Part shown: piece after piece, positions 25,426 through 39,364 of the stretch
Layout of the letters: the number at the start of each line of letters is the position of its first letter
Numbering within the stretch: the stretch's first letter is position 1
Assembly: GCA_002633005.1 (NCBI GenBank)
Contig: NMRA01000095.1
Span: 177,901-241,900 of the forward strand
Origin: Phoronis australis
Taxonomy: Eukaryota; Animalia; Phoronida
Direction: 5' to 3'
DNA: 64,000 nucleotides
Position numbers and translations under genes: made by a program
Notes under the pieces: generated by a model
Told to the model about the DNA's origin: nothing
Database searches by the model: none
What the model saw: the letters and a program-made list of their open reading frames with translations, nothing else

Positions 25426-28400
25426 CGCAGATTCATATTTAATCAAATTTTAATTCTTCTGTAATGTTTAGTAGAATTTTGGCAGATTTTTTATCTGTCA
25501 CAATCTTCTTCCGATGCAATATAACACTACTGTCATATGTACTTTAGGAACCATGTGGGGTACAGGTCAGAACCGACTCCTTGTGCTTTTTGGTCTAATT
25601 TTTCCCTTTTTTCTTAGTTTAACACAATTGTTGGTTGTAGTGTCTTGCATATACGTGTAGACAGTGAAGCCCCACTAGTAGATGTAAGCTGTTGTCCTTC
25701 TGGATGTGCATTTCTTAAGCCATGTTTTAGTATTTAGTATTAATACTTTGTATAAAGTATACTCATACGCCCAGTTTTGGGTATGGACTCGACTTCACAT
25801 CCAGGCACATGTGCGCATTATCAGTAAAGATGGTGCACACATACCGTCATGCTTTGTTGTTACATGTACGTAAAAATCTCACCGATTTCGTACAAAAGTT
25901 ACTCTTCTACGTTAGTATGAATGAATTACAATTTCACAGAATCATTGCCTTCTTGTAGACATGATAAACACTGTAGGACTTGCATATTATAAATATTATT
26001 TTATACTAATTATTTTTCATAAAAGATAATAAATTTCATTTGGTGGCCTAAATTGGATTGTAAATTGGTGAGATTTTCTCGTAGATTTTGACAGTATTAG
26101 ATTCTGGTGCTTAAGATAATCTGGTGCGGTTCGTGCAATATGCTTGTGCATTGAATGCATTAAGTCTTCGAAATGCACATACCTGTAATGCAAATATTGA
26201 GAACGAATAGGATGTTATTGCTTTGGATAAGACTTCAACGAGACTGATTTTTCCTTCTGTTAGCCTTGGATGGTGTTTTCGTGTAAAGCGTCATTTTCGA
26301 CTCTGTCTAAGGCAGTGCAAGTTGAGGGAAAATTCTGTCCAGCTTTCAATTCTATGTGTGTGTTGCAAAAATTGATAAACAACCTCTACAAGTATATGTC
26401 AGTGGCTTATACTTGTACACAAGGATATTCTGTTTGTCATGTCATGGCTGCTGTCGACACTCCTCTGTTTAGTTTTTTGTTCCTCGTGGTTCATGCTCTA
26501 TCAATATCCTGGCAATAGTCACAGAGGCCCTGCATTTCGATAACTGGCTTTCTCCACAGAATTACACGCTTCAGACCGATTTTCAAAATCCAGGGCTGCT
26601 GGTGACTGCCAATTTGCCAGTTGAATGTGATAAATCTGTGCAATAGGAAATGGTATTTGGTATTCACAAGACCGCAACGAGCTACTGCCGAGTGAAAATA
26701 AGCCTGTGATAAGAATATGCATATGATTCTAGTTATGGTGGGGGGTGGGGTGGGGGGTAATGTTATGAATTCGGTGAACCACGCAAATTTCACCGCGGAA
26801 ACATTATTCTACAAAGGGTTGGATGTGTCACGAGTCTTCCTGCCATTTTAACCAATTCAAATTATTACTTTGAAATGTGAAGAACAGCTATAGCTTCCAG
26901 AAGGCAGGGTAATAATTCACGCACTATAGGGCGCCACAATTTTACCACAATTAAGGCACATGACCGTTTTATTGGAAAAATCCATGGTTATCGCAACGAC
27001 TGGAAATGTTTGATGCTACTTCCTGGGGGAGATGTTTAAAGGTGCTTAATATCCATGGTTACCATTTGCAGTAGATGCAGTTATCTCATCAACCTCAAAC
27101 TTTCGGGTATTGTCTGGACATTCTTTTCGAGCTTGCATAGTTGTAACAACTTACATCTTGGGATGTCCCTAAAATGTTCCTGAACGTTATTATGTGAACC
27201 AGATATTTTTCTGGTATACGTTTTTCATATTCCAGTTATTCCTAAATTTCTTTGGAAGGCATAGAAGTTAGAGACATTTCAATAGTTGACACTTGATTGC
27301 TCAGAAAGGAGGAATGTTTTGTTGAGACTGACAATCTTTGCATGCTGTGCAGTGAGTAATGGTAAGGGTCACACATTTTGAGAGCCAGTTCTGTCTTTTC
27401 AATAATGGACTTCAAACTTGTTCTCAAAATGCGGCACCTCTGTAAATGACTGATTGCCCACAATGAGCACTGCATTCAACTTGTGCTGCATGTTTTCGAG
27501 TCTCAACACAATTTTCACTGCTTAATCACAGAAAGGGTTTTCTTAATTGTTCTCCACCTGGAGGTATCACCTGTATTTTCTCTTAAGCTGTTAAACTATT
27601 TGGTTGGGTGTCAAAAATTGAAAAATCTTGGCTGCCTGTCGTAGGGGTCCTGAAATAACAAAAACATCATTTCCAACAAAAATCATTTTGTGGTTCTCCT
27701 ATTTTAAATTGCATTAACATTTTCAGGACACCTTGTAGGTCACAGGGTACATACAAAGCGGCTGTTACTTACTGTTACATGGTTTGTACATAATATTTGA
27801 TGTAAATAGACAGGGTCATGTGACTTAAGAACTGTTAGTGCTAAATGAACAGTGCTGTACTGAATGTTATATGTTAATTAGATGCAAAGTAAGTGGTTAT
27901 AGCACGAATTCTCACTGTATATATTTCATTATTTTATTTAAACTGGCTGGTTCTTACACAGTAACATGTAATTAGCTGCTTGTGTTTTTGTGTAGAAAGA
28001 AGTACTTGTGCATTTGACATTATTGTATGCGGTCATTGTCATTTGTTATTTTAGATAAGTAAAACTTGTGGTAAGAATGAGTGATTAGGCACAAAGGTTT
28101 CTGTTGAATTGGGAACTATTTCGGCAGCATTCTATGTTTTGTGTGGGACTATTAGAAGTTTACTGCTCTCCGGGATATGTAGGCTTGCCTGTCACACACA
28201 CACTCACAGTCAATTTTCAGTTGGTCTTGGGTATGACTTTCTGGATGTAATCTTATTTGTCATGCAAGTTCACTTGTCATGTCTTCATCATTGGAAATCA
28301 AAATTGGTGGAATGCATTTCATTAACCAGGCCATGTCGTCTGCTTCAACATTGAACACCCGTGTGGTGGCGCCAGTGGCTACCCTATTTAATGGGATAAT

Positions 28401-28847
28401 AAATCGTGCATTTGTCCTATTGATGAAGCTTACGCTCGGAAGTTACCTTAATCCTGATCTTCTGTTAACTGTAACTTGACTGCCGCTAAGTCTGCTGTCT
28501 GAATGGATCGTCGGATGATAGACTTATTGGTATCGTACAAGGCCAGGGCTGTATTCGGGAGAACCAAGGCCTCACAAGATAAACTCGTGTGATAACCTGC
28601 TTACTTTGAAGTTCGTAGTGACATAGGTTATTTTTTATTCTGCGAGATTCTTGTCTCTATCAGGAGTTGGTTCTGCTGTGCGCTCATACGTCATGAGTGG
28701 AGGAATTCTTAGTTTATTTGTTATTGTGCCCGAGTGATTTGAAGTAACAGCATTGTCACAATAAATATTTTATTAAGTTATATACATGTATTCACCCATT
28801 ATTAAATGTTGAATTGAAATGGACCTTGTTATTCTTAAGACCCTAGG

Positions 28848-28987
28848 GAAATAGACACCAACAGCTGACGTCATGTCTCAGAAATAGACACCCACAGCTG
28901 ACGTCATGTCTCAGAGATAGACACCAAAAACTCACGTCACATGTCAGAGAGTAGACACCAACAGCTGACGTCATATCTCAGAAATAG
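28848..28987. repeat. ~33-bp minisatellite, 4 copies, containing TGACGTCA
   Basis: gaaatagacaccaacagctgacgtcatgtctca units. Confidence 0.88.
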
Positions 28988-29049
28988 TTGTTAGGATTCA
29001 CATGTAACTTTCAGATACTATGCTTTATGCACTGTACAGTTATTTAAGA

Positions 29050-30495
29050 TCCTGCAGTGGGTTTAGGAGATACAACTATGGGCCCAAAATAAAACTACCA
29101 CCAGGAGGCGCCACAGTAGTCAGTCACTATCACCAAAGGTCATCTTCACATAGAGAACACATACAGTGTATGCCAGTTTTCAAATGATTTGGTTATACAG
29201 GGGTGGACACCAAAAACAAGATTTGAAAACAGCAAAAATGGTGCAAAATACCTCGATTCCATCCAAGAACAGGAAGATAGCGTCTTCACATCAATAGATG
29301 CCTATATTTAAATTTTTATGATAATCAGTTGAGTTAAACGTAAAAAACTAAAATTGCCACTAGGGGGCACAGCAGGTCAGATCTGTACGAAAGTCGTCAT
29401 CTGTAGTCAAAATCATATAAACACACTTGCTAAATTAAGTAAAGATACTGTGAATGGTTTAGGAGATACAGCCATAGCCGCAACAAAAACAAAACTGCCA
29501 CTAGGAGGCGCCATAGTAGTCAAAATCGTCGGAAAATCATCATCAACCGTCCTCTTTATAGTAAGCACATACATGCAAGTTTTCACAATCATCCTTTGAA
29601 CGGTTTGGTTGATAGAGGGGTGGACGCAAAAAACAGACTCGAAAACAATAAAAATAGCCACTAGGTGGCGCAAACTACGTCGAATCCATCTGAAAACGGA
29701 AGGATAGCGTCAACTCATTAATAGGTGACTACATATTAAATTTCATTAAAATCCGTTAAGGACTTTTGAAGACACAAAGGTAAACGCCAAAAAATAATAA
29801 AAATGCCACCAGGGGGCACACCGGTAGTCGGATCTGTCCAAAAAGTCGTCGTCGTCCGTTGTTAATTAACACTTACTAAATTTCGTAAAGATGAATGGTT
29901 TAGGAGATACACCGACTGAGCCATAGCCGCAACAAAAACAAAACTGCCACTAGTAGGCGCCACAGCAGTCGAAATCGTGGGAAAATCATCATCAACCGTC
30001 CTCTTGATAGTAAGCACAATGCCAGTTTTCACAATCATCGTTTGAGCGGTTTGGTTGATAGAGGGGTGGACGCAAAAAACAAACTCGAAAACAGTAAAAA
30101 ATAACCACTAGGTGGCGCAAACTACGTCGAATCCATTTGAAAACGGAAGGATAGCGTCAGCTCATTAATAGGTGCATACATATCAAATTTCATTAAAATC
30201 CGTTCAGGACTCATTTGAAGTTACAATTAAGGTAAGCGTATAAAACTAAAATTGCCACTAGGGGTACACCAGTAGTCGGATCCGTCTGTAAGTTCGCTCA
30301 TGCCGTCCCATATATATGGGAACATATACATCGGTGCCAAATTCCATGAACGTATGTCAAAGGCCGGGTTTTGGAGATAGAGCAGCGGACGCCCGACGCC
30401 GGACGGACGCTGCCCGTACATGTACGTGCGGACGGACGGACGGACGGAGATGACGGCATAACGCGTCCACATATAAATATGAAACGATATAAAGT
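29050..30495 (+). repeat. Higher-order tandem repeat (~449-bp period, ~150-bp subunits) ending in (GGAC)n and an imperfect hairpin; possible Helentron/HINE-type non-autonomous element
   Basis: Motifs recur at 449/447/449/449-bp spacing; ggacggacgg microsatellite at ~30400-30448. The element class is inferred from architecture only. Confidence 0.7.
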
Positions 30496-32627
30496 TTTGC
30501 AGGCGAATTAGCTATAGATATCTGGCATCTCGTTTTGCCTGCGCTACAATAAAAATACGAACCCTGGCAGTGGTGTGAGTGCAATATTCTTCAATTTAAT
30601 GAACGGGCTTAACCAGGAGATGACATAGCTGAAACAGCAGCTGCCTCCTGATCACATGGATACGGTTGGTCTCCAAGAATCGTCATTATTGTACAGACCA
30701 TCCAGTGGGAGAAGTACTGTGAAAAAGCATACGGTGAGAAGAGTCGTATAACGGAATCTTGTAGAGCCCTGCATGCCTGGCGTAGATGGGTCGTGGGCGT
30801 AAGGATTTTCTTGCACAGTGTCCCAGGCTCTCGGCATTCATGTAAGCCCTAAAGAAATTGGGAAGGCATTCATTTGTAGAATATGGGCGGGGAAGCATTG
30901 TGTTGGGTGTGGCGCAGAAGATCGAGTCAGCTGGAGTCCATCCCTGTACTGAGACCCGGCGCCACTGGACCCAGGCAACATTTCAGTACTGGATCAGTCA
31001 CTGTCCCCGTCCATCCACGATACTGTCCCAGTACCGCAGGCCATTTCAGGCACACTAACTTCCTGCACAGTGATAAACGTACTGGCCCTGCACCGTAATC
31101 CGAACACCGGGCCAGTACTGGGCCAAAACCGGAATGGCTACGGGCTGTAACGAGAATTCTCAGTAGAGTGCCAGACATCAATGTAGTGACTCTAGTATTC
31201 ACTGGATCACGTTTCCAATAAGATCTTATCTAAATAGAAGGCTTGAAACCAGACAAGCTGTATTTTTCCTTTTTCTTTTTTAGGACAAGAAAACCACCCT
31301 CAAAATCGGAATAGAGTAGTAAAATTAGACTATGTTAGTACTTGAATTTTCATAAGTGGTCACCGAATAACGATTTTGTCAACAAAGAGCCTGGAGGTAG
31401 TCATTGGAATTAAAGTAGTTTCCAGCCTGGCTTATCAGCTAAATTATGCTAATTATCACCAACTCACGGCAGTAGAAGCTGTGTTTGAAAGAATTAATAA
31501 AACGGGTTGTGATGAAGGAATCTGGTTTAAAGGGCATGTACACGACACGACGATAATAGAAAATAGATCCGGTAGCCAAGGTTTCCATTCTCTGGTTTCT
31601 TCGGGGGAAAAGAGAACTCGTTTGGTCTCTGGACTATAGCCTCGATTTAGGTTTTGGAATGGTAATGTACGACGTCATTTGCGACCACCATGATTCACGC
31701 TGTTGCCTTACTCCTTGAACACGGACCACTATCCACGATCAGTTTTGTTTGATTTAAAAATATTATTACACTAATAAGAAAAATAATGACTCTGTCAATT
31801 CGAAGTTTCTCAATTGTTGTCGAAATCAACACCCTGTCCAAGCAGTAGAGTCTACACAATGTATATGTTACTAATCCGTGTAATTTTAATCATTTCATTA
31901 CAACGATAACATTTAATTGGGTAATAGTACAATTTCTAGTACAAGCTACAAATTACTTGGAGTACTCACGAATCTGATTCACGAAAAGTGACTAAGACTT
32001 CAGTCACAAATTTTGTCTCCTGACCACAATTAAATTTCATTCTAGCAAAAGTGCAACGTCTCACAGAAAATGATATAATTTCTAGCAACTGAGGTAGTTT
32101 CTGACAATTATTTATAAACTGCGATGCTCTCATAATTGCTTGGCTAACCCTTTTTCAGAAATTGTGAATTGGGTCTACAAGACCAAATGTCTGCCTTTAG
32201 TCTTGGGTCACTTTCATGAAGAGACTCGGTGAGCAGACATGATCAGCACAATATTCATATTGTAACCAATTGTTTAAGTAAAAGGAATGTCTCCCATAAC
32301 CCGGGGACATGGATCAACCGATGACTTTCCGTAACTTCATGGAAATCCTTGGCAAAGTTGTCGTTGACAGATTACGGATAACAACTAATGATCTGTTGAA
32401 ATCACTTCATTTAACAGAAGTGCTTCGAAAGGCCAAGTAGTTCGATTAATCGCATCAACTCAAAATCATATTTCGATCCTAGTACACGGTCACCTGCATC
32501 GTAATTTCTGGGTTCCGAATTGTGGGATTCGTTTTCGGGATGCGCACGCATCGATTTTTGGAATTAATGTCAATTGCAGGGCTGCGCGACTTTGACGTCA
32601 GTATTGGAATAGGAATGGGCCAGGAAG

Positions 32628-34839
32628 TTAATTAGATGTTCCGGAGGACTGTAACGTCATTAAATCAGAACCTACCTTTTTGGGTCGCCTGCCTTTAATC
32701 GTGGAAATCGTATAAATGTAAGGATTAAGAGCAGAGTTGATTGGCATAATAAAGACCGCAACCCAGGCTGAGAATTCGGGGGGAAACTTGTATCCGTTCA
32801 TACTTACAATCCCTGCAATAATAATGGGAAGCCAACAACAAAAATCCGAGACGACAATCAAACTCAATTTCTTCGCTAGTTGGATCTCTTTGTCTTGCAC
32901 TTTTCGCCCCGAGGACTTTGCTGTTTTACGGACACTCACAAAAATGGCGACATAGCCAATGAATATTATAGAAAATGCGATGAAATTATAAATAATAAAC
33001 ACAGACACTGAGAACCAATTAAAGTTTGTCGAAAGTGTAAACGGAAGGCATACTGAAGTTTCACCGTAAAAGAAGCTTTGATTTTTCTGACCCATACTCT
33101 GCCACGCAAAAAATGGCGACACTGCCATGGCAAACCACACAATCCAACCAATTGCCATGAGAGTCAAACCAATTGTTTTTGACATCGGTCGAATCTTGAA
33201 TACAAATACCGTAGCAATAACGCGATCAATTGTGATTATCGAGAGGATATAAACGGACATTTCGGATGAGAAGAAGGCGAAGAAACCGGCTGCTTGGCAC
33301 AGGCGGCTACTTCTCCATAAAGGATCTTGCACGTAATAATTACCTTGGAGAAGAAAATGAAGATCGACAGAAGCAATGATCAACATGTACACTCCCATGA
33401 AAAAATCGGATATTCCCAAGTTGATAACAAATATGGAGTTTAGTTTATCCCTTTCAGACTTTAAGCGCCACAGCAGAACGGTGAAGTTTCCCACGGAGGC
33501 GAACACTCCCAAGACCCAAAGAGCCACTCTTAGGAAATAATTTGCTATCATGTCGGAACAGGAGGAAAATGCGTCTCTTTCAGGACTACATTGGACAGAG
33601 GTACTGACCAGGCAACAAAAGCGAAAACTATCGGTTATTAACGAAGAAAGATTCACGTTTTGTAATGCCTTTTTATGAACTATTAGAAATTCGCTATTGT
33701 GTTGCAAATTAAGAGTGCCAATTCTGTTCACTCCGTTGAAAGCGCGTGCAGACACGGACTCCAGCTTGTTCCTACTAAGGTCTAAGTGTGCCAGATCCAA
33801 CCCAAAAAATACATTTGGGTCCAAATACGTTAGAAAGTTACCCACTAGAAGCAATTCGTACAAGTTCGCGAGACCTTGAAAACCAAAACTGAACAAAAAC
33901 TCAAGTTTGTTGAAGGATAAGTCCAACTTTCCCAGCAAATGGAATTCTTTGAATGTCGAGTTAGTCAAAACGAGACTATTGTTGGATAGCAACATGGCGC
34001 GGTAATACTTTGGAACGTCAGGAAGTCTGGATAGATTACGACCGCTGCACGACAAGACGTACCCCATACACGTACAACTATCAGGACATCCTTCTGACAA
34101 ATCACAGAATTTCTCGTCATCTTTAGACGACTTACAGTCGACGACGCCGTTGCACATCATATTTTGTTCCAGGCATCTGTTTTCACCTCGACATTTGAAG
34201 TTACCAGGGCACGAGTATGGGAAACAATCACGCTCATCGACACCTTCAATACAATCCCATACACCATCGCAAACTCTGTGCACTGGTAGACAATAGCTGG
34301 AGGGACACTTAAAAAATCCTGGACAGTCAAAATCGTCGCAGTTACTTAAGTGGCTTTGGTCGCCGCAAGTTGAAAGCCCATCGTACACACATTTCTGACC
34401 TCGGTCGAAACACGAAGGATGATTTGGTCGGCAACGAACCTGTGTTTGATCAGAACAATATGGATTGATGTTAGAGAATATGTTACGTTTTACATCTTTT
34501 AATGAAAACATTTCGTCTTCTTGAATTTGTCCTGGGCAGTCATTGACCATGTTGCGGTATGACTTCATAGAAATACATTCACCGGAATAGCACTGAAATC
34601 CACCGTTACGTGTACATAATTTAGACCAATCACAAACTTCATGGTCCTCATCAGACCCATCAAAGCAATTTTTCACAAAGTTACACGTTTCATTGGCCGG
34701 AATGCACTGGCCGTTTTTACACCGGAAGTGGCCAGTGGGGCACGAAGGAAAGATACACTGGTCTTCATCGCTGCCGTCTTCACAGTCAACCACGTGATCA
34801 CAATATGATGACATGGGTATACAGCGCCCACTGACACAT
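32628..34839 (-). CDS. GRL101-like receptor exon 2: LDLa repeats, LRRNT/LRRs, hinge and rhodopsin-type 7TM (type C LGR)
   Basis: Acceptor tgttccag; splicing completes an LDLa repeat (FYR|CVSGRCIP..CEDGSDE). LRRs (LDLSFNKL), hinge FCC..C..D.FSSC, IDR, CWLP and NPYIY motifs. Confidence 0.93.
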
Positions 34840-35897
34840 CTGGAACAGAAGTTTTCACATCAGGCGAATATCAACGACATGCAGCAAATGGAAGCAAACA
34901 CGCACGGAAATTTACCGCAGTTGAAAATCTTTAACATACATCAAAGTAAATATCGTTTTGATTAAATCGGTGTAGGCCTACTTTTTCCCAGAGCCGATTG
35001 TACACGTTTACACCTAGAGACTTGATATCTCGAACGAGAAAACAGTTGGAAATTCAATAGGTCTTGGCTGACTTTGTTACAACCATGCAAGGCGAGTTGT
35101 CATCATCTGTTAGCGAGTTCAACTCTGGTAGTGTTATTGAATTAAAAATATCGATACAATGTTTCTCCTAAACCACTTTTCGTTCTTTTTTACCGCATAA
35201 AGTGTTTTGAGATTATCGACTCCACAACGACATGAAATGGACATTAACTATCAAGATGCATGTAGTCTAGAGAAATGATTACTTATTGTTTGCCTACATG
35301 TGTTTTATTAACTACTCCAAGCCTAATAATTCTTGTGGGAGGATAAGGTTAATTCAAGCCCTTGGAAATGAACAATTTATTGGGCTTGTTAGGCTTAAGT
35401 TGGGCGATTTCATCTGCAGCAGTGTTTCCGTTTCGTAAATGCATTGTGGGACGGTTGCCGACTCGTAATCATTACCTAGATTCAAACTTACAGCGGGAAA
35501 CTGTCTTCACGCGCACGACTCTTTCCGGTTGAGACTGTACCCAGCACGTACTATGGAAATTGAACGACTGATGAACAAAATTGCTTGACATGACCTTACA
35601 TGTACCTTGACCGTTTATCCAAAATACAGTCACGTTCTTCACCCACACGCCTTCTCGCGTTTAATCCCCTAAGTTAACTTTCCACGAAAATATGTGTCTA
35701 TCAATTTTTGAAGATGACCTTTTTTAATTCGCTCAGGTAATGCTGGCTTCTAAAATAGTTTGAACTGCGCTAGCTGGAGTGCCATCCCTAACGCAGGCTT
35801 GCATGTGGAGCTTGACAACATAGATTTAATGGATTCTCAACCCCTCTAACGTTTTGTCCTTTTTGGCTCATGTTCAGAGGATTTTTTCAGAACGTAC

Positions 35898-38800
35898 CTG
35901 TAAAATGCTTGATCACATTCGCATTTCTGTTCGTCTTCTCCATTGATGCAGTCACGTGATCCATCGCACAAGCTACCGATGGAGATGCAGGACCCATCGA
36001 CGCATTTCCACTGCGAAAGTGGCGAACACTTGATTTTCTCCTTAAATGGCCTCTTCTTGCAGAGCACATTCAATGGTCTTGTTGAAAGTGAAGTTTCATT
36101 TTCACCCAGTTGGATAATACAAGGGCGCATAGTTATATCCCACGTAACAACTAGATCTTTGCCATAGTATTCTCGTTGGACATTGGTCCAGATCACACTT
36201 AAATCCGAATTTGAGACATTTGAAAGAACCAAACAACCTGAAGAATTGCGATTAATCCAGGTAGACCCATAGCTGGGCAAATGGCGCCAAATGTCTAGCA
36301 GATATCTTACCCAATAGATGTCGCCCTGGCTGATGGAAGCTATGTCAGAATGATAACGCTTGCATAACTGTTCGGCCTCGTTGAAGCCTAATGGCTCGTT
36401 TAAGCGATTCATAGAAGTCAACATTTTGTAACAAGAACTCCCCATGTATTTCCATCCCTCCGGACAACTTCGCCCTTGAGGGAATGCCGGTGGTTCATAA
36501 GTTGTGTTGCTGACCTTTTGTTTGCAAACGGTTGATGCAAATTTAAATTGAAAGTTACAAGGAATCTTAAACCAGCTACCTCCCACATAGGGATTTCTAA
36601 CAATCATTACACTGCAGTGACTTGCTGACTCGCGTACAGGTTGCATTTGGTTGATGTTAATTACTTTACGCAAGTCGTTGTCATAGCCGTCTAGGAGTAC
36701 TTTCAAATAAGACGTGGCACGATCGCCAGGTGAGAACCACTTCGTAAAAACAAGAGGGTTGCCATCAGTCCATCTCAGGTCACCGTCGTCAGTATCACGC
36801 AGGCCCAAGTAAATTGCACCGTACGCTTTATTAGCGTAAACAGACCTCTTCCAGTGAGTTTGCAAGGACCTAAGAATGAAGTTGTACTCGTCTTCACTCA
36901 AGATGCTCACCAGGTATTCCCCTTTTGACCTACATTCCTGGCCTGACGCGCGCCACGTGGTACTAGCTGGCAAATCGAGCAATCGGTAACAGGAACCCTT
37001 GTAAAACAAACGATTTTGATCGCACAGGGTGTTTTCAAAGGGCGGTGATTTCTCTTCTCCAATTGTATTGTATACGATGGTAAAACTATTTGTGTTCTTC
37101 GATAAAGTGACTGACAATCTATCGGTAGTTATTGTAGGAAAGGTGACGATACAGTTGTACTTACAGCGTTCCACAGTACCAACTTCATTGTTAAACAAAT
37201 AACCGAGTGAGTGGGTGGTGACTTTTCCACTGTATTTATCTGCACATGTGTTGTGAAGTACCTCATTGTCGATTTCCACCTCCACCTCGTTCAAGTAAAC
37301 GAAAAATATCAGTTCGAAATGCGCATCTGAAAAGTCAGGCTCTCGGCAGACAATGTTACTTGTAATTTCCCAGGTTACTATTGAAACAGGTAATGCTGTA
37401 ACCATGCCGCATGAACTAAAACCGATATAGGAACTTGATTCAGGGATGGAGACTGTATTTTTGTTACAAAAATTCTTACTATAGGGGATGTCGTAAACGC
37501 TGCTCCAGAGCTGCAATTTAAAAGAAAACGCCTCAAATGACCACGGGCAAAGGGATAGGAATGTAACAAGGCTTCCGTTTTCGACTTGAACTGAAGATGT
37601 GCCGATCATAGTTGCGAAGTCAATGTCTTTGAACAACCAAAGATATTGCGAGCAGGAAAACGAGCCGATATCGGCAAAGTCGTGCATTGCCAGCTCAGTT
37701 ATGGTAACTCTGTAGTTAGTAGGTATGGATAAGCCAAAAGTAGCGACTCGTGTTTGATGAAGTGGAGTTCCAGGAAGCTTTTGTACAACGTCACAAATAT
37801 GACGTTTCGGTGAATATGCGACAAATGAATCCTGGGTAAAAACACGCCCTCTGCATTCAGTCTCTTCTATAAACATTTTCAGTGTTGGAGAGAGCGACGA
37901 TTTCACAGTCGATGCGTAAAACAGTATGGTTAAATACTGTGTGGATGAATAAAAGGATTTCAAAGCACCCTGCTTTCTGCAAAACGGACCATAGGGTGGC
38001 GCTGAAGTATTGGGACCATCAAAGAGAATGAGCCCACTATAGGCGCAGTTTTCAAGTGGGTCCACATTTAAGAGCGCGACATTGACTTTAATATACCTCC
38101 TCGCATGCGCAGCTTTAAAGAACCACAGACATTGGCCCAAATCGGCACCTAATAATTGTAACCTGATTGGAGACAACGTGACCAGATTGTAACCCGGGTT
38201 ATGCCACACTCCACAGCTATTGTCCTTTACAGCATTATATGACACGCTAAACGGCAAGCTCGGAGGTGGGACGCTGTCTTGTTCTATGATGACAAGACAC
38301 TGAAAAAGCCGTGATCTAAAAGAGCTGACGGAAATGTTGCGATTTGGTGACGAGTTGTCATCTAATTCCTTAAGTCGTAACTTTCTACTCCTTAGTGGCC
38401 CGTCGTACACGTGCGCGTATACGGTGCCATCGACGGATAAACGGGCAACGACTTGTATTTGATATCCATACTCAACAGATAGATGCCACATGTAGACAGA
38501 CTTGATGACATTTTCATCAACTTTCAGTGTGAACGATGGTTGAGGGTACAACAGTTGATTCAAGACCCCTCTTGCATCATGTTCCTTATAAACGCCAACT
38601 CCTAGGTAATACAACCCGTCTGATGGACTCAATTCACTATACTTGGCCTCAAACGTCATTTTGTCTAGATTATTGAATTCCAGCATGACAAACATCTTTG
38701 ACGAAGACGAAACCAAACTTAGATCCTTTTTAAAACCGCAGAATGTCCCTATTTGTTGAGAACTTTGGTCAGTTCCGTCAAGTACAATTAACCGGTTGTC

Positions 38801-39364
38801 AGTGCAGTTCGGGGAATAGACGGTTTCAAACATTGTCAGCGTCAAGTTCACCTGACCGTTGTTACTTGCCTCCAAAGTCCAGCTGCATGTTTTCCGTGTT
38901 AATACCGAATCATTGGCATGAAAACTGGCATTTAATGAAAGTATGCCGATGACGGGTTGAGTCGTATTCACGTGATGGCGACATTCGTGCGGGTTATTAG
39001 ATATCTTAGACAACTGTGAGTAGTAATACTGCACGTAATACGACACTTCTGTCTCCACCGAGTTTTCCAGGAGCCGAACAGTGACGTTCGTCTCTGAAGT
39101 ATATCCTCGTCCACTGTTTCTCTGACATGGGTTAAACCTAAGATCCCGAGTCTTCGTTTTAAACTGCAGAACAACATCGTCGCAATGGGACCTGTCAGAT
39201 ATAAAGAATTGGATCAGAATCACTTTTGCGCTTTGTTCGGTTCCAACGATGATTAGACTTTCAGGGCTGCTACTGTCACCTACTGGGGAATATGTTAAAA
39301 TGGGTTCGCTTGTAGCTCCTCTGGCTGCCAGAATGACGATGACTAGGCATGTGGAGATGAACAT
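35898..39364 (-). CDS. GRL101-like receptor exon 1: signal peptide, 2-3+ CUB domains, 2 C-type-lectin-like domains, first LDLa
   Basis: 1172-aa ORF with hydrophobic N-terminus; CUB motifs (CSWTL..GTFCG, CLWFF..GPFC); CTLD motifs (GSCY..LGL..WTDG; CPEGW..SSCY); phase-2 donor AG|gtacgt. Confidence 0.9.

Noticed and set aside
30640-31210. GC-rich stretch with overlapping short ORFs and recurring cagtactgg motifs
   Set aside because: No coherent protein, TIR or TSD found; probably a repeat remnant.
35846-39364. Standalone secreted CUB/lectin protein
   Set aside because: A canonical donor at 35897 splices in frame to complete an LDLa repeat in the GPCR exon; a short secreted isoform cannot be excluded but has no support.
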